Below are positions 37,612 to 45,919 of a stretch of 64,000 nt of DNA, in pieces. The notes beneath the pieces are model-generated. The model was not told where the DNA came from. It did no database searches and was given only the letters and a program-made list of their open reading frames with translations. This stretch comes from an uncultured Planctomycetia bacterium (lineage in GTDB: Bacteria > Planctomycetota > MHYJ01 > WSZJ01). The stretch lies in NCBI GenBank assembly GCA_963706735.1, contig CAVPNQ010000090.1, positions 1,217-65,216 of the forward strand, in the 5' to 3' direction. A program made the position numbers and the translations under genes. Position 1 is the stretch's first letter; each line of letters starts with the position of its first letter.

Positions 37612-38234
37612 GGGAAGCCCTTGTGGGGCATGCCCATCATGGCGAACAGGCCGAAGTACCCGCACCAGCCGAGCAGGTTGATGTAGGCGATGACGAGGCC
37701 GACGAGGGCGAGGGTTTCGCCGGTCTGCGTGCCGTTGCTGTTGCGGATCTGGCCGCGGGCCATGTGGCCGCAGATGATGGCAGGAATGCCGCAGAGGGGA
37801 CCGAGGCACGCCCAGGAGGCGATCGCCAGGACCAGCGACGCGACGGCGAGACCGTTGTTCTGCGGCGGGGCCATGTAGGGGGCCGGCACGCCGCCCTGCG
37901 GCGCGAATGCAGGGGAAAAAGCCTGTCCTGCCGGGGGGGCCGTCGGTGGCTTCCCGCACCCGGGACAGAAGCCGGCGCTGGCCGGAAGCCCGGCGCCGCA
38001 ATGCGGGCAGAACTTCGGCTGCATCCCGCCGAACGCCGGCGACGGGGAACTCACGGACACCGGCTCGCCTCCCGATGAAACCGGGGCGGGCGCGACCGCC
38101 TCGACCGCCGGCGCCACGCCCTGCTTCGCCACGAATACCTGGTAACACTTCGGGCACCTCACCTGCTTCCCGGAGTGCTCTTCCAGGACCTGCAGGGACT
38201 GTCCGCAGTGATCGCACGTGACGTTGATGGGCAT
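37608..38234 (-). CDS. Zinc-ribbon + DUF4190-like membrane protein (paralog A)
   Basis: Start ATG 38234. MPINVTCDHCGQSLQVLEEHSGKQVRCPKCYQVFV, then FCPHCGAGL..FCPGCG, then GLAVASLVLAIASW...GIPAIICGHMARGQI....G..LALVGLVIAYINL. Confidence 0.75.
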   Translation of the reverse strand: MPINVTCDHCGQSLQVLEEHSGKQVRCPKCYQVFVAKQGVAPAVEAVAPAPVSSGGEPVSVSSPSPAFGGMQPKFCPHCGAGLPASAGFCPGCGKPPTAPPAGQAFSPAFAPQGGVPAPYMAPPQNNGLAVASLVLAIASWACLGPLCGIPAIICGHMARGQIRNSNGTQTGETLALVGLVIAYINLLGWCGYFGLFAMMGMPHKGFP

Positions 38235-38238
38235 GTTG

Positions 38239-38862
38239 TTATCTCCGATCCGACTTGTCTTTGCGGGGGGAATCGTCGCCGATGTTGATCGTGAACGGGT
38301 TGCGGGCAAGCTTCGTGAGCGACCACGGCGCCCATCCGTCCGTCAGGGTGAGGATGATGCCGATGGCCCCCAGGATGATACCGGCCAGGGCGAGGTTGTC
38401 GCCGGCGAGCTGGCCGCCGGAAGCGCGGATGCGGTGGCGGGCCTTGTAGCCGACGATGACGGCGGGGATGCCGGTGAGGAGGTGGAAGCAGGCGATGGAG
38501 AGGATGCCGAGCACGAGGGCGCCGCGCGCGCCCTTGGCGATGGGTGCGCCGGGGGGGGCGGTGACCGGCGCACCGAAGACGTCGTTGAACGATCCGTCCG
38601 TCGGGGGAAGCGGCGAGGGTGTGGGCGACGGCTGTGCCGGCGGGGCGGGGGGCGGGGAAGCGGGTCCGGCGTAGCCCGCGGGCGGGGTCCACGTCTGGGC
38701 GTACGGCGAGGGCGCTCCTCCGCCCGCGGTCGGCGGCGACACCGTGGACGACCGCGCGAGGAACACGGCGTCGCACTTCGGGCAACGCACGCGCCACCCG
38801 ACGTGCTCGAGGTCGATTTCGAGCGCGGTGTTGCAGGAGGTGCACGCAACCGCGACGGGCAT
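38239..38862 (-). CDS. Zinc-ribbon + DUF4190-like membrane protein (paralog B)
   Basis: Start ATG 38862, with an alternative at 38892. MPVAVACTSCNTALEIDLEHVGWRVRCPKCDAVFL, a Pro-rich linker, then GALVLGILSIACFHLLTGIPAVIVGYKARHRI....G..LALAGIILGAIGI. It stops 4 nt before the start of paralog A. Confidence 0.75.
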   Translation of the reverse strand: MPVAVACTSCNTALEIDLEHVGWRVRCPKCDAVFLARSSTVSPPTAGGGAPSPYAQTWTPPAGYAGPASPPPAPPAQPSPTPSPLPPTDGSFNDVFGAPVTAPPGAPIAKGARGALVLGILSIACFHLLTGIPAVIVGYKARHRIRASGGQLAGDNLALAGIILGAIGIILTLTDGWAPWSLTKLARNPFTINIGDDSPRKDKSDRR

Positions 38863-38937
38863 GAAGTGCGATTCTAGCAGTTCGGGGTCCACGCCTGAGA
38901 GAGGTCCGGCGCCGGACGATCCTTTAGCTGAAACCGC

Positions 38938-40125
38938 CTAAATCCGCAGCTTCACGTAGCGGTTCTTTTTCCCCGCCCGGAGGACCTGGCCGGTCCGCGG
39001 GGCGAACGCTCCCGGGTCGGAGGCCTTTTCGCCGTCCACCGTGAGGCCGCCCTGCTCGATGAGGCGGCGGCCGTCGCTGTTGGAGGAAGCGAACCCGACG
39101 AGGACGAGGAGGCGGGCGAGGCCGAGTTTTCCGTCCTTGATTTCGGCCGCGGGCACGGCGAACTCGGGGATGTCTTCCGGTGTTTCCTTGTTCACGACCA
39201 CGCGGTCCCATCGTTCGCGAGCCTGCCGTCCGGCGTCCGCGCCGTGGAAACGCGCCGTGACGAGTTCCGCGAGCCACAGTTTCGCATCGCGCGGTGCGGT
39301 CGCGATCCGGGCCTTCGCGTCCTCGAGCGGGACTTCCGTCAGCAGCGTGAACCAGTCGAACATCATCGAGTCCTGGATGCTCATGGCGCGGCCGAACATC
39401 GTGTCCGGTGCGTCGTGGACCCCGATGTGGTTGCCGAGCGACTTGGACATCTTGTGCGCGCCGTCGAGCCCCGTCAGGATCGGCGTCATCAGGCACACTT
39501 GCGGCACCTGCGCGAACTCGCGCTGCAGGTTGCGCCCCATGACCAGGTTGAACGTCTGGTCGATGCCGCCCAGCTCCACGTCGGCCTTGATCATCACCGA
39601 GTCGTACCCCTGCATGATCGGGTACAGCAGCTCGTGGAACGACACCGGCGTGTTCGCCTTCAGGCGCTTCTGGAAGTCGTCGCGCTCGAGCAGGCGCGCC
39701 ACGGTGACCTTCGACGCGAGGTTGAGGATGTCCTTGAGCCGAAGCGGCGCGAGCCACTCCGAGTTCCGCCGGATCTCGAGCTTCGAGATGTCCACGACCT
39801 TCCCGATCTGCTCGAGGTACGTCTTCGCGTTCACCTCGATCTCCGCTTCCGACACCGGCGGCCGCGTCGCGTTCTTGCCGCTCGGGTCCCCGATCAGCGC
39901 GGTGAAATCCCCGATGATCAGCACCGCCTGGTGCCCCGCGTCCTGGAATTGCCGCATCTTCTGCAGCACCACCGTGTGCCCGAGGTGAATGTCCGGCGAC
40001 GTCGGGTCTACGCCCAGCTTCACACGCAGCGGCTTCCCGCGCTTCAGCGCGTTCGCCAGGTCCTCGCGCGAGAGGATTTCGACGGCGCCGCGCGACAGGA
40101 TTTCGAGGGAATCGAGGGGGTTCAT
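38938..40125 (-). CDS. tyrS: Tyrosine--tRNA ligase
   Basis: HIGH-type motif PDIHLGH, KMSKS motif KMSKSLGN, and a C-terminal S4-like domain (SNSDGRRLIEQGGLTVDGEK). Confidence 0.93.
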   Translation of the reverse strand: MNPLDSLEILSRGAVEILSREDLANALKRGKPLRVKLGVDPTSPDIHLGHTVVLQKMRQFQDAGHQAVLIIGDFTALIGDPSGKNATRPPVSEAEIEVNAKTYLEQIGKVVDISKLEIRRNSEWLAPLRLKDILNLASKVTVARLLERDDFQKRLKANTPVSFHELLYPIMQGYDSVMIKADVELGGIDQTFNLVMGRNLQREFAQVPQVCLMTPILTGLDGAHKMSKSLGNHIGVHDAPDTMFGRAMSIQDSMMFDWFTLLTEVPLEDAKARIATAPRDAKLWLAELVTARFHGADAGRQARERWDRVVVNKETPEDIPEFAVPAAEIKDGKLGLARLLVLVGFASSNSDGRRLIEQGGLTVDGEKASDPGAFAPRTGQVLRAGKKNRYVKLRI

Positions 40126-40165
40126 GTGGAGTGTTGATCGTCCGGGAAGAGGTTCCGGTTCGGTC

Positions 40166-41452
40166 CTACCGAGGGTTTCCGTTGCCGCCGGAGGACGCCT
40201 TGCCGGTTTCCTCCTGCCACTTCAGCCAGCCCTCGTCGCCGGGGAAAAACTCGCCGGTGAGGGTGTGGAGGCAGTTGCGGGCGACCGAGCGGTCGTAGTC
40301 GGTGTACTGGGTGTCCTTGAGGATGCGCATCAGCGCCTCGACGGCCAGCGGCCGATCCTTGTCGGGCATGACGTTGCAGAACAGGAAGACGCTGTCGGGT
40401 TGCCCGGCGTTGATGGCGTTGAGGAAGTTCTGGAGCGCGTTCCCGGCGGCCACCTGGATATTGCCGGGGATGACCCGGATCTCCGCGGGCTGGAACGAGA
40501 GAGACCGCTGGGCCTTCATCGCGTCCGGGCCGTCGATCTGGGCCACCCGCATCTTTGCGCTGACGACAATGCGCACCATCTTGATGCCGCTGGTCATAGC
40601 GGGTAGTTCCATCTCGAAGAGCTTCACCGTCTCGCCCTTCTTGAGGGGAATGGAGTACCGGTTCAGCTTCTTGATCGACGGTTCGGTCTCCGAGACCGTT
40701 CCTCCGTCGGGGTCGCACACCATCGAGACCGCCTCCACGTGGAGGACGGCGTTGGACTCCAGCACGGCCTCCCGGATCGCCGCGTTCCCCGCGTCCTTGG
40801 GATCGCCGAACCAGATTTCCACGGGACCGTCGGACATGTTGGTGGCGTTGAACGTCACTTTCGCGATGGTGTTGTCCCCCACGATGGGGGTCATGGTCGT
40901 CGCGGTCAGGTGCACGAGCGACATCTGCACCAGCCGCTCTTCGCAGAGGATGCGCAGCTTCTTGAGCTCGCCGTCGAACTCCAGCTTCGGCTCCAGCTCG
41001 CGGATCGCGCTGATCTTCGCCAGCGCTTCCTCGAAGCGCCCCTTGCGGAACAGGTCGACGGCCTCGAGGTACTTGGAGTAAAGGTACTGCCGGGCGGTCG
41101 GCTGCATTTTCGTGTCGCCCACGCGGCCCTTCACGACCTCCTTGAGGTCCTGTTCCGAGAGCTGGAGTTCCGCGGGCAGCCCCTTCTTTTCCTGGGCGAC
41201 CAGCTTCTCGAGCACCTGGAGGTGCAATTTCGCGTTCTTGCGGTAGACGCCGTCCACGACGTACGGAATGGCTTCGCCGCCGGCGGCGAGCAGGCGCGTG
41301 GCGGCTTCCTCGCGGACGTCCGGGCGTTCGGAGTCGAGATCGGCGACCATCGCCTTCAACCGCCGCGCCTTCTCCTCGAGGTCCGTGGAATCGTCCGCCT
41401 GCAGGACGAGCGCGGCGAGGCCGAGGGCGATTCCGGTGAAGAGCCGTTTCAT
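40166..41452 (-). CDS. Hypothetical secreted protein with an N-terminal HEAT-like helix pair
   Basis: Start ATG 41452 (MKRLFTGIALGLAALVLQA signal peptide). PDVREEAATRLLAAGGEAIPYV. I recognise no other motif. Confidence 0.6.
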   Translation of the reverse strand: MKRLFTGIALGLAALVLQADDSTDLEEKARRLKAMVADLDSERPDVREEAATRLLAAGGEAIPYVVDGVYRKNAKLHLQVLEKLVAQEKKGLPAELQLSEQDLKEVVKGRVGDTKMQPTARQYLYSKYLEAVDLFRKGRFEEALAKISAIRELEPKLEFDGELKKLRILCEERLVQMSLVHLTATTMTPIVGDNTIAKVTFNATNMSDGPVEIWFGDPKDAGNAAIREAVLESNAVLHVEAVSMVCDPDGGTVSETEPSIKKLNRYSIPLKKGETVKLFEMELPAMTSGIKMVRIVVSAKMRVAQIDGPDAMKAQRSLSFQPAEIRVIPGNIQVAAGNALQNFLNAINAGQPDSVFLFCNVMPDKDRPLAVEALMRILKDTQYTDYDRSVARNCLHTLTGEFFPGDEGWLKWQEETGKASSGGNGNPR

Positions 41453-41459
41453 GGCGGGT

Positions 41460-43286
41460 TTACTCGACAGTGACAGCCTTCGCGAGGTTGCGGGGCTTGT
41501 CGACATCCCTCCCCAGTGCGACCGCGATATGATACGCGAGAAGCTGGAGCGGAACGACGGTGACCATCGGGGAAACCAGCTCGGCGGTCGCGGGGACCTC
41601 GATGACGTGGCGGGCGAGCGCCTTGACTTTCGCGTCCCGCGGGTTGGCGACGGCGATCAGGATGCCGCCGCGCGCCTCGATCTCCTTCATGTTCGACAGC
41701 ACCTTGTCGTAGGCGCGCCCCTTCGTGCAGACCGCCACCGTCGGGAACGTGTTGTCCACGAGCGCCAGCGGGCCGTGCTTCATCTCGCCCGCGGGGTAGC
41801 CTTCCGCGTGGATGTACGACAGCTCCTTCAGCTTCAGCGCGCCTTCGTACGCGTTCGGGAAGTTGTAGCGCCGGCCGATGTACATGAAGTTCCGGACGCG
41901 GCAGTACCGCCGGGCGAGCTTGCGGACCGCCCCGTCGCATTCCAGCGCCTTCTCGACCGACTGGGGGACGGCTTCCATCGCGCGCAGAAGCGGCCTCGCG
42001 GCTTCGCGCGTGAGGGTCCCGCGGATCATGCCGAGGCGGATCGCGAGCAGCTCGAGCACCGCGATCTGCGTCGTGTACGCCTTCGTCGAGGCGACGCCGA
42101 TCTCCGGCCCGGCGTGCGTGTAGACCACGCCGTCACAGGCCCGCGGGATCGAGCTCCCCACGACGTTGCACACGGCGAGCGTGAGGGCGCCGTGTTCCTT
42201 CGCCTTCCGGATCGCGCACAGCGTGTCCATCGTCTCGCCGCTCTGCGTCACCGCGATCGCCAGCGTCTCGCGCCCGATCACCGGGTCGCCGTAGCGGAAC
42301 TCGCTCGCCAGCACCACTTCCGTCGGGATCCGCGCCAATTCCTCGAACGCATACTTCGCCGTCATCCCCGCATGCGCCGCCGTCCCGCACGCCACGATCG
42401 TGATGCGCTTCACCGACTTGAGCCGGCGCGCGGGGATTTCGAGCTCCGGGAAGTGCAGGTGCTGCCGGTTCGTGCGGCCGCGGATGGTGTCGAGGATGGC
42501 GCGGGGCTGCTCGTAGACTTCCTTGAGCATGAAGTGCGGGTAGCCCTCTTTCGCGGCGCTCGCGAAATCCCAGGTGATGTTGATGATCTTCGGGGTCACC
42601 GGGCGCCCTTCGCAATCGATGATCCGGATGCCGCCTGGCCGCAACTCGGCGAGTTCGCGGTCCTCGAGGTAGGCGACCTTGCGGGTGAAGGGAAGGACGG
42701 CGGGGGCATCGGAGGCGATGTAGTTGGCGCCCTCGCCGAACCCGACGAGCAGGGGAGAGTTGAGGCGTGCGCCGACCATGACGTCGGGGTGGTCGCGGAA
42801 GATGACTCCGATGGCGAATGAGCCGTGGAGCTGGTTCACGGCGCGGCGGACGGCCTCGAGCGGGTCGCCGCGATAGAGGTCCTCGATGAGGTGGGCGATG
42901 ACCTCGGTGTCGGTTTCGGAGGCGAAGCGGTAGCCGCGCTTGCGGAGGCGGCGGCGCAGTTCCTCGTGGTTCTCGATGATCCCGTTGTGGACGACCGCGA
43001 CGGAAGCGCGGTGGGAGACGTGGGGGTGGGCGTTGCGCTGCGTCGGGCCGCCGTGCGTCGCCCAGCGCGTGTGGCCGAGGCCCACGCAGCCGTTCATGGC
43101 GGGCATCTTGCGGAGGTGGTCGAGGAGGTGGTCGAGCTTGCCGGGCATCTTCTCCACGCGGATGCGATCGCCGTCGAGGACGACGATTCCGGCGCTGTCA
43201 TACCCGCGGTAGTCGAGCCGCTGCAGGCCGCTCAGGATCTGGGGGGCCGCAGGGCCGGGACCGACGTAGCCGATGATGCCGCACAT
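41460..43286 (-). CDS. glmS: Glutamine--fructose-6-phosphate aminotransferase
   Basis: MCGIIGYVG..., RLDYRGYDSAG, HTRWATHG, two SIS domains, and the C-terminal ...PRNLAKAVTVE. Confidence 0.96.
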   Translation of the reverse strand: MCGIIGYVGPGPAAPQILSGLQRLDYRGYDSAGIVVLDGDRIRVEKMPGKLDHLLDHLRKMPAMNGCVGLGHTRWATHGGPTQRNAHPHVSHRASVAVVHNGIIENHEELRRRLRKRGYRFASETDTEVIAHLIEDLYRGDPLEAVRRAVNQLHGSFAIGVIFRDHPDVMVGARLNSPLLVGFGEGANYIASDAPAVLPFTRKVAYLEDRELAELRPGGIRIIDCEGRPVTPKIINITWDFASAAKEGYPHFMLKEVYEQPRAILDTIRGRTNRQHLHFPELEIPARRLKSVKRITIVACGTAAHAGMTAKYAFEELARIPTEVVLASEFRYGDPVIGRETLAIAVTQSGETMDTLCAIRKAKEHGALTLAVCNVVGSSIPRACDGVVYTHAGPEIGVASTKAYTTQIAVLELLAIRLGMIRGTLTREAARPLLRAMEAVPQSVEKALECDGAVRKLARRYCRVRNFMYIGRRYNFPNAYEGALKLKELSYIHAEGYPAGEMKHGPLALVDNTFPTVAVCTKGRAYDKVLSNMKEIEARGGILIAVANPRDAKVKALARHVIEVPATAELVSPMVTVVPLQLLAYHIAVALGRDVDKPRNLAKAVTVE

Positions 43287-43321
43287 GGTTGGTTGGTGGC
43301 CGGTGGTTGGGGGTTGGTGGA
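43287..43321. repeat. Five tandem heptamers (YGGTGGN on +; NCCACCR in the glmS 5' leader) abutting the glmS start codon
   Basis: GGTTGGT TGGTGGC CGGTGGT TGGGGGT TGGTGGA. On the coding (-) strand this reads TCCACCA ACCCCCA ACCACCG GCCACCA ACCAACC ATG. Confidence 0.6.
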
Positions 43322-43353
43322 ACGGCCCTGCTTACATCGGCTTTCCGGCGCTT

Positions 43354-43395
43354 CAAACCGAAGAGGCGCGGGCCCTTTGCGGGACCCGCGCCTCT
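43354..43395 (-). terminator. Probable terminator after rpsA
   Basis: On the - strand: AGAGGCGCGGGtCCC-gcaaa-GGGCCCGCGCCTCT, followed by TCGGTTT, which is a weak U tract. Confidence 0.6.
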
Positions 43396-43427
43396 CTGTT
43401 CATGTCGGTGTTACTCGCTGCCCAATG

Positions 43428-45101
43428 CTAGGCCGTCGGCGCCGCGCCTTCAACGACGACCGGGGCGTCGCCTTCCTTGCGCTCGCGGTGCTCGATGATC
43501 TTCGAGAGCGACAGGCCGATCTTGCCCTCGGCCGGCTCCAGGCGGATCACCTCGACCTCGACCACGTCGCCGGGGGAGAGCATGTCGCTCACCGCAGCGC
43601 CCTCCTTGCCGCCCGACAGCTTCGACACGTGCAGCAGGCCTTCCAGCGTCGGCTCCAGCTCAACGAAGGCGCCGAAGTGCGTCAGCTTGGTGACCTTGCC
43701 CTGGACGACGGTGCCCTGGCGGTACTTCTCGGGGATCGTCGTCTCCCACGGGTTGCTCTGGAGCTGCTTGAGCCCCAGCGCCACGCGCTTCTTCGCCGGA
43801 TCCACGCTCAGCACGACCGTCTCGATCGCGTCGCCCTTCTTCACCAGCTCGCTCGGGTGCAGGACCTTCTTCGTCCAGCTCATGTCGCTCACGTGCAGGA
43901 GGCCGTCGATGCCCTCCTCGAGCTCCACGAACGCCCCGTAGTTCGTCAGGTTCCGGACCTTGCCCTTGACCTTCGAGTTCACCGTGTACTTCTGCTCGAC
44001 CAGGTCCCACGGGTTCGTCTCGGTCTGCTTCATGCCCAGCGAGATCTCTTCCTTCTCGCGGTTGATGTTCAGCACCACGACCTCGACCGAGTCGCCGATC
44101 TGCACCATCTCGCTCGGGTGGTTCACGCGCTTCGTCCAGCTCATCTCGCTGATGTGGACGAGGCCTTCGACGCCGGTCTCAAGCTCGACGAACGCGCCGT
44201 ACGGCAGGATGTTCACGACCTTGCCCTTCACGCGGGTCCCGACGGGGTACTTGCCCTCGACGTGGCTCCACGGGTTCTCGCTCAGCTGCTTGTAGCCGAG
44301 CGCAATCCGCTCGTGCTCGCGGTCGATCTTCAGGATCTTCACCTCGATCGGCTGCTCCAGCTTGATCATCTCGCTCGGGTGGCTGATCCGGCCCCAGCTC
44401 ATGTCCGTGATGTGCAGCAGGCCGTCGATGCCGCCCAGGTCCACGAACACCCCGAAGTCCGCGATGTTCTTCACGATGCCGCGCCGCACGTCCCCTTCCT
44501 GGATCTCTTCCATCAGCTTCTTCTTCATCTCTTCGCGCTGCTCTTCCAGCAGCTTCCGGCGCGAAACGATGATGTTCATCCGCTTCTCGTCAATCTTGAT
44601 GATCTTGCACTCGACCTCGCGCCCGACGTATTCGCCGATGTCCTCGACGCGGCGGATGTCCACCTGGCTCGCGGGAAGGAAGACCGGGACGCCGATGTCC
44701 ACCAGCAGGCCGCCCTTGATCTTGCGGATCACCCGGCCGCGGACGACGTCCCCTTCCTTGTTGTTCGTGATGATCCGCTCCCATCCGCGGATCCTGTCGG
44801 CCTTCGCCTTCGAAATCGCGATCATCCCGGCTTCATCTTCGACGCCCTCGAGGAATACCTCGATCTCGTCACCGATGTTGATCGACTGGGGATTCCAGAA
44901 CTCCGTGATCTGGACCACGCCTTCAGACTTGTAGCCCACGTCCACGATCACGTCGTCGTTCACAATGTTCAGGATCCGCCCCTTCAGGATCGTGTCCACC
45001 GTGAAGTCCTTGACCGACTCCTCATAGTGCTTATGAAGAACCTCGGTCGTCAGGACGCCCATCGCGTCGTCCGCCTGCTTTTCCAGCTGGTCCGCCGTCA
45101 T
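43428..45101 (-). CDS. rpsA: 30S ribosomal protein S1
   Basis: Six S1 motifs, for example GDVRRGIVKNIADFGVFVDLGGIDGLLHITDMS and NSKVKGKVRNLTNYGAFVELEEGIDGLLHVSDMS. ATG 45101 is chosen. An alternative TTG at 45134 has AGGAGA 8 nt upstream. The 824-aa track ORF extends spuriously into plsC. Confidence 0.92.
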   Translation of the reverse strand: MTADQLEKQADDAMGVLTTEVLHKHYEESVKDFTVDTILKGRILNIVNDDVIVDVGYKSEGVVQITEFWNPQSINIGDEIEVFLEGVEDEAGMIAISKAKADRIRGWERIITNNKEGDVVRGRVIRKIKGGLLVDIGVPVFLPASQVDIRRVEDIGEYVGREVECKIIKIDEKRMNIIVSRRKLLEEQREEMKKKLMEEIQEGDVRRGIVKNIADFGVFVDLGGIDGLLHITDMSWGRISHPSEMIKLEQPIEVKILKIDREHERIALGYKQLSENPWSHVEGKYPVGTRVKGKVVNILPYGAFVELETGVEGLVHISEMSWTKRVNHPSEMVQIGDSVEVVVLNINREKEEISLGMKQTETNPWDLVEQKYTVNSKVKGKVRNLTNYGAFVELEEGIDGLLHVSDMSWTKKVLHPSELVKKGDAIETVVLSVDPAKKRVALGLKQLQSNPWETTIPEKYRQGTVVQGKVTKLTHFGAFVELEPTLEGLLHVSKLSGGKEGAAVSDMLSPGDVVEVEVIRLEPAEGKIGLSLSKIIEHRERKEGDAPVVVEGAAPTA

Positions 45102-45274
45102 CCCGATGTACTTCAGAACTTCTCTCTGGTTCAAGTGCGCTGTCTCCTGCCTGTCGGATAGGGTTGGAAGAAATAACCCGTAGAAAACGCTTCCCCGGGA
45201 CCACCCCGGGGACAGACCCCGCACTGTAGCGGGAGGGGGGGGGGAAATTGAAGGGTTTTCGGGGCGGCGGCCCT

Positions 45275-45919
45275 TCAGGCGGGGAGTGATTTCCCGGGCG
45301 CGAGGCCGTAGGCGGATCTCCGGTCGCGCATGAGTTCGCGAAGCGCCACTTCGAGCGCGGGGCCGACCTTTTCGGGGTCCCAGGCGATGTCGTCGGGCAG
45401 GGGCTTGCCGAATCGGACCTCGATGGGGGAGGGGTGTGGCAGTTTCGCCGCGCGCGGCCAGCTTTCGAATGCACCGACGATGCAGGTGGGGACGACGGGA
45501 ACGCGCGCCCGGCTGGCGAGGACTCCGATCCCGCCGCGCATGGACCCGATCGAGCCGTCTTTCGTGCGCGTTCCCTCGGGGAAGACGAGCAGCGGCCAGC
45601 CGTTCTTCAGGCGCCGCAGCGACGTCTTCATCGCCCCCATGTCGGCGGCCCCGCGCTTGACGGGAAAGGCGTTGAGCGACTCGATGAGCCAGCGGAAGGG
45701 AGCGACCTTGAAGAGGGAGTCGCGCGCCATGAAGGTCACCGACCGCGTCAGCCCCGCTGAAACGATGACGGGGTCGAGGTAGGACTGGTGGTTGCACGCC
45801 AGGATGACGCCGCCCGTCGGCGGGATGTTGTGCAACCCGTGCGGACGGTACCGGAACAGCACCGCGCCCGCGTTGCGCGCGATCGTCTGCAGGGCCAGCC
45901 ACCAGAGTCTTCGGATCAC
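45275..45919 (-). CDS. plsC: 1-acyl-sn-glycerol-3-phosphate acyltransferase family protein
   Basis: Acyltransferase motifs NHQSYLDP, FPEGTR and VPVVP. GTG 45919 overlaps the kinase stop (GTGA). Confidence 0.85.
   Translation of the reverse strand: MIRRLWWLALQTIARNAGAVLFRYRPHGLHNIPPTGGVILACNHQSYLDPVIVSAGLTRSVTFMARDSLFKVAPFRWLIESLNAFPVKRGAADMGAMKTSLRRLKNGWPLLVFPEGTRTKDGSIGSMRGGIGVLASRARVPVVPTCIVGAFESWPRAAKLPHPSPIEVRFGKPLPDDIAWDPEKVGPALEVALRELMRDRRSAYGLAPGKSLPA

Noticed and set aside
43287-43427. glmS ribozyme in the glmS leader.
   Set aside because: The intergenic region is only 141 nt. It consists of the rpsA terminator plus a CA-rich heptad repeat, which leaves no room or conserved core for the ribozyme.
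45102-45902. Upstream ~260 codons of the 824-aa ORF that contains rpsA.
   Set aside because: This part overlaps plsC, which has clear acyltransferase motifs in another frame, and its translation is Arg/Pro/Gly-rich. The S1 homology starts at MTADQLEK (45101).
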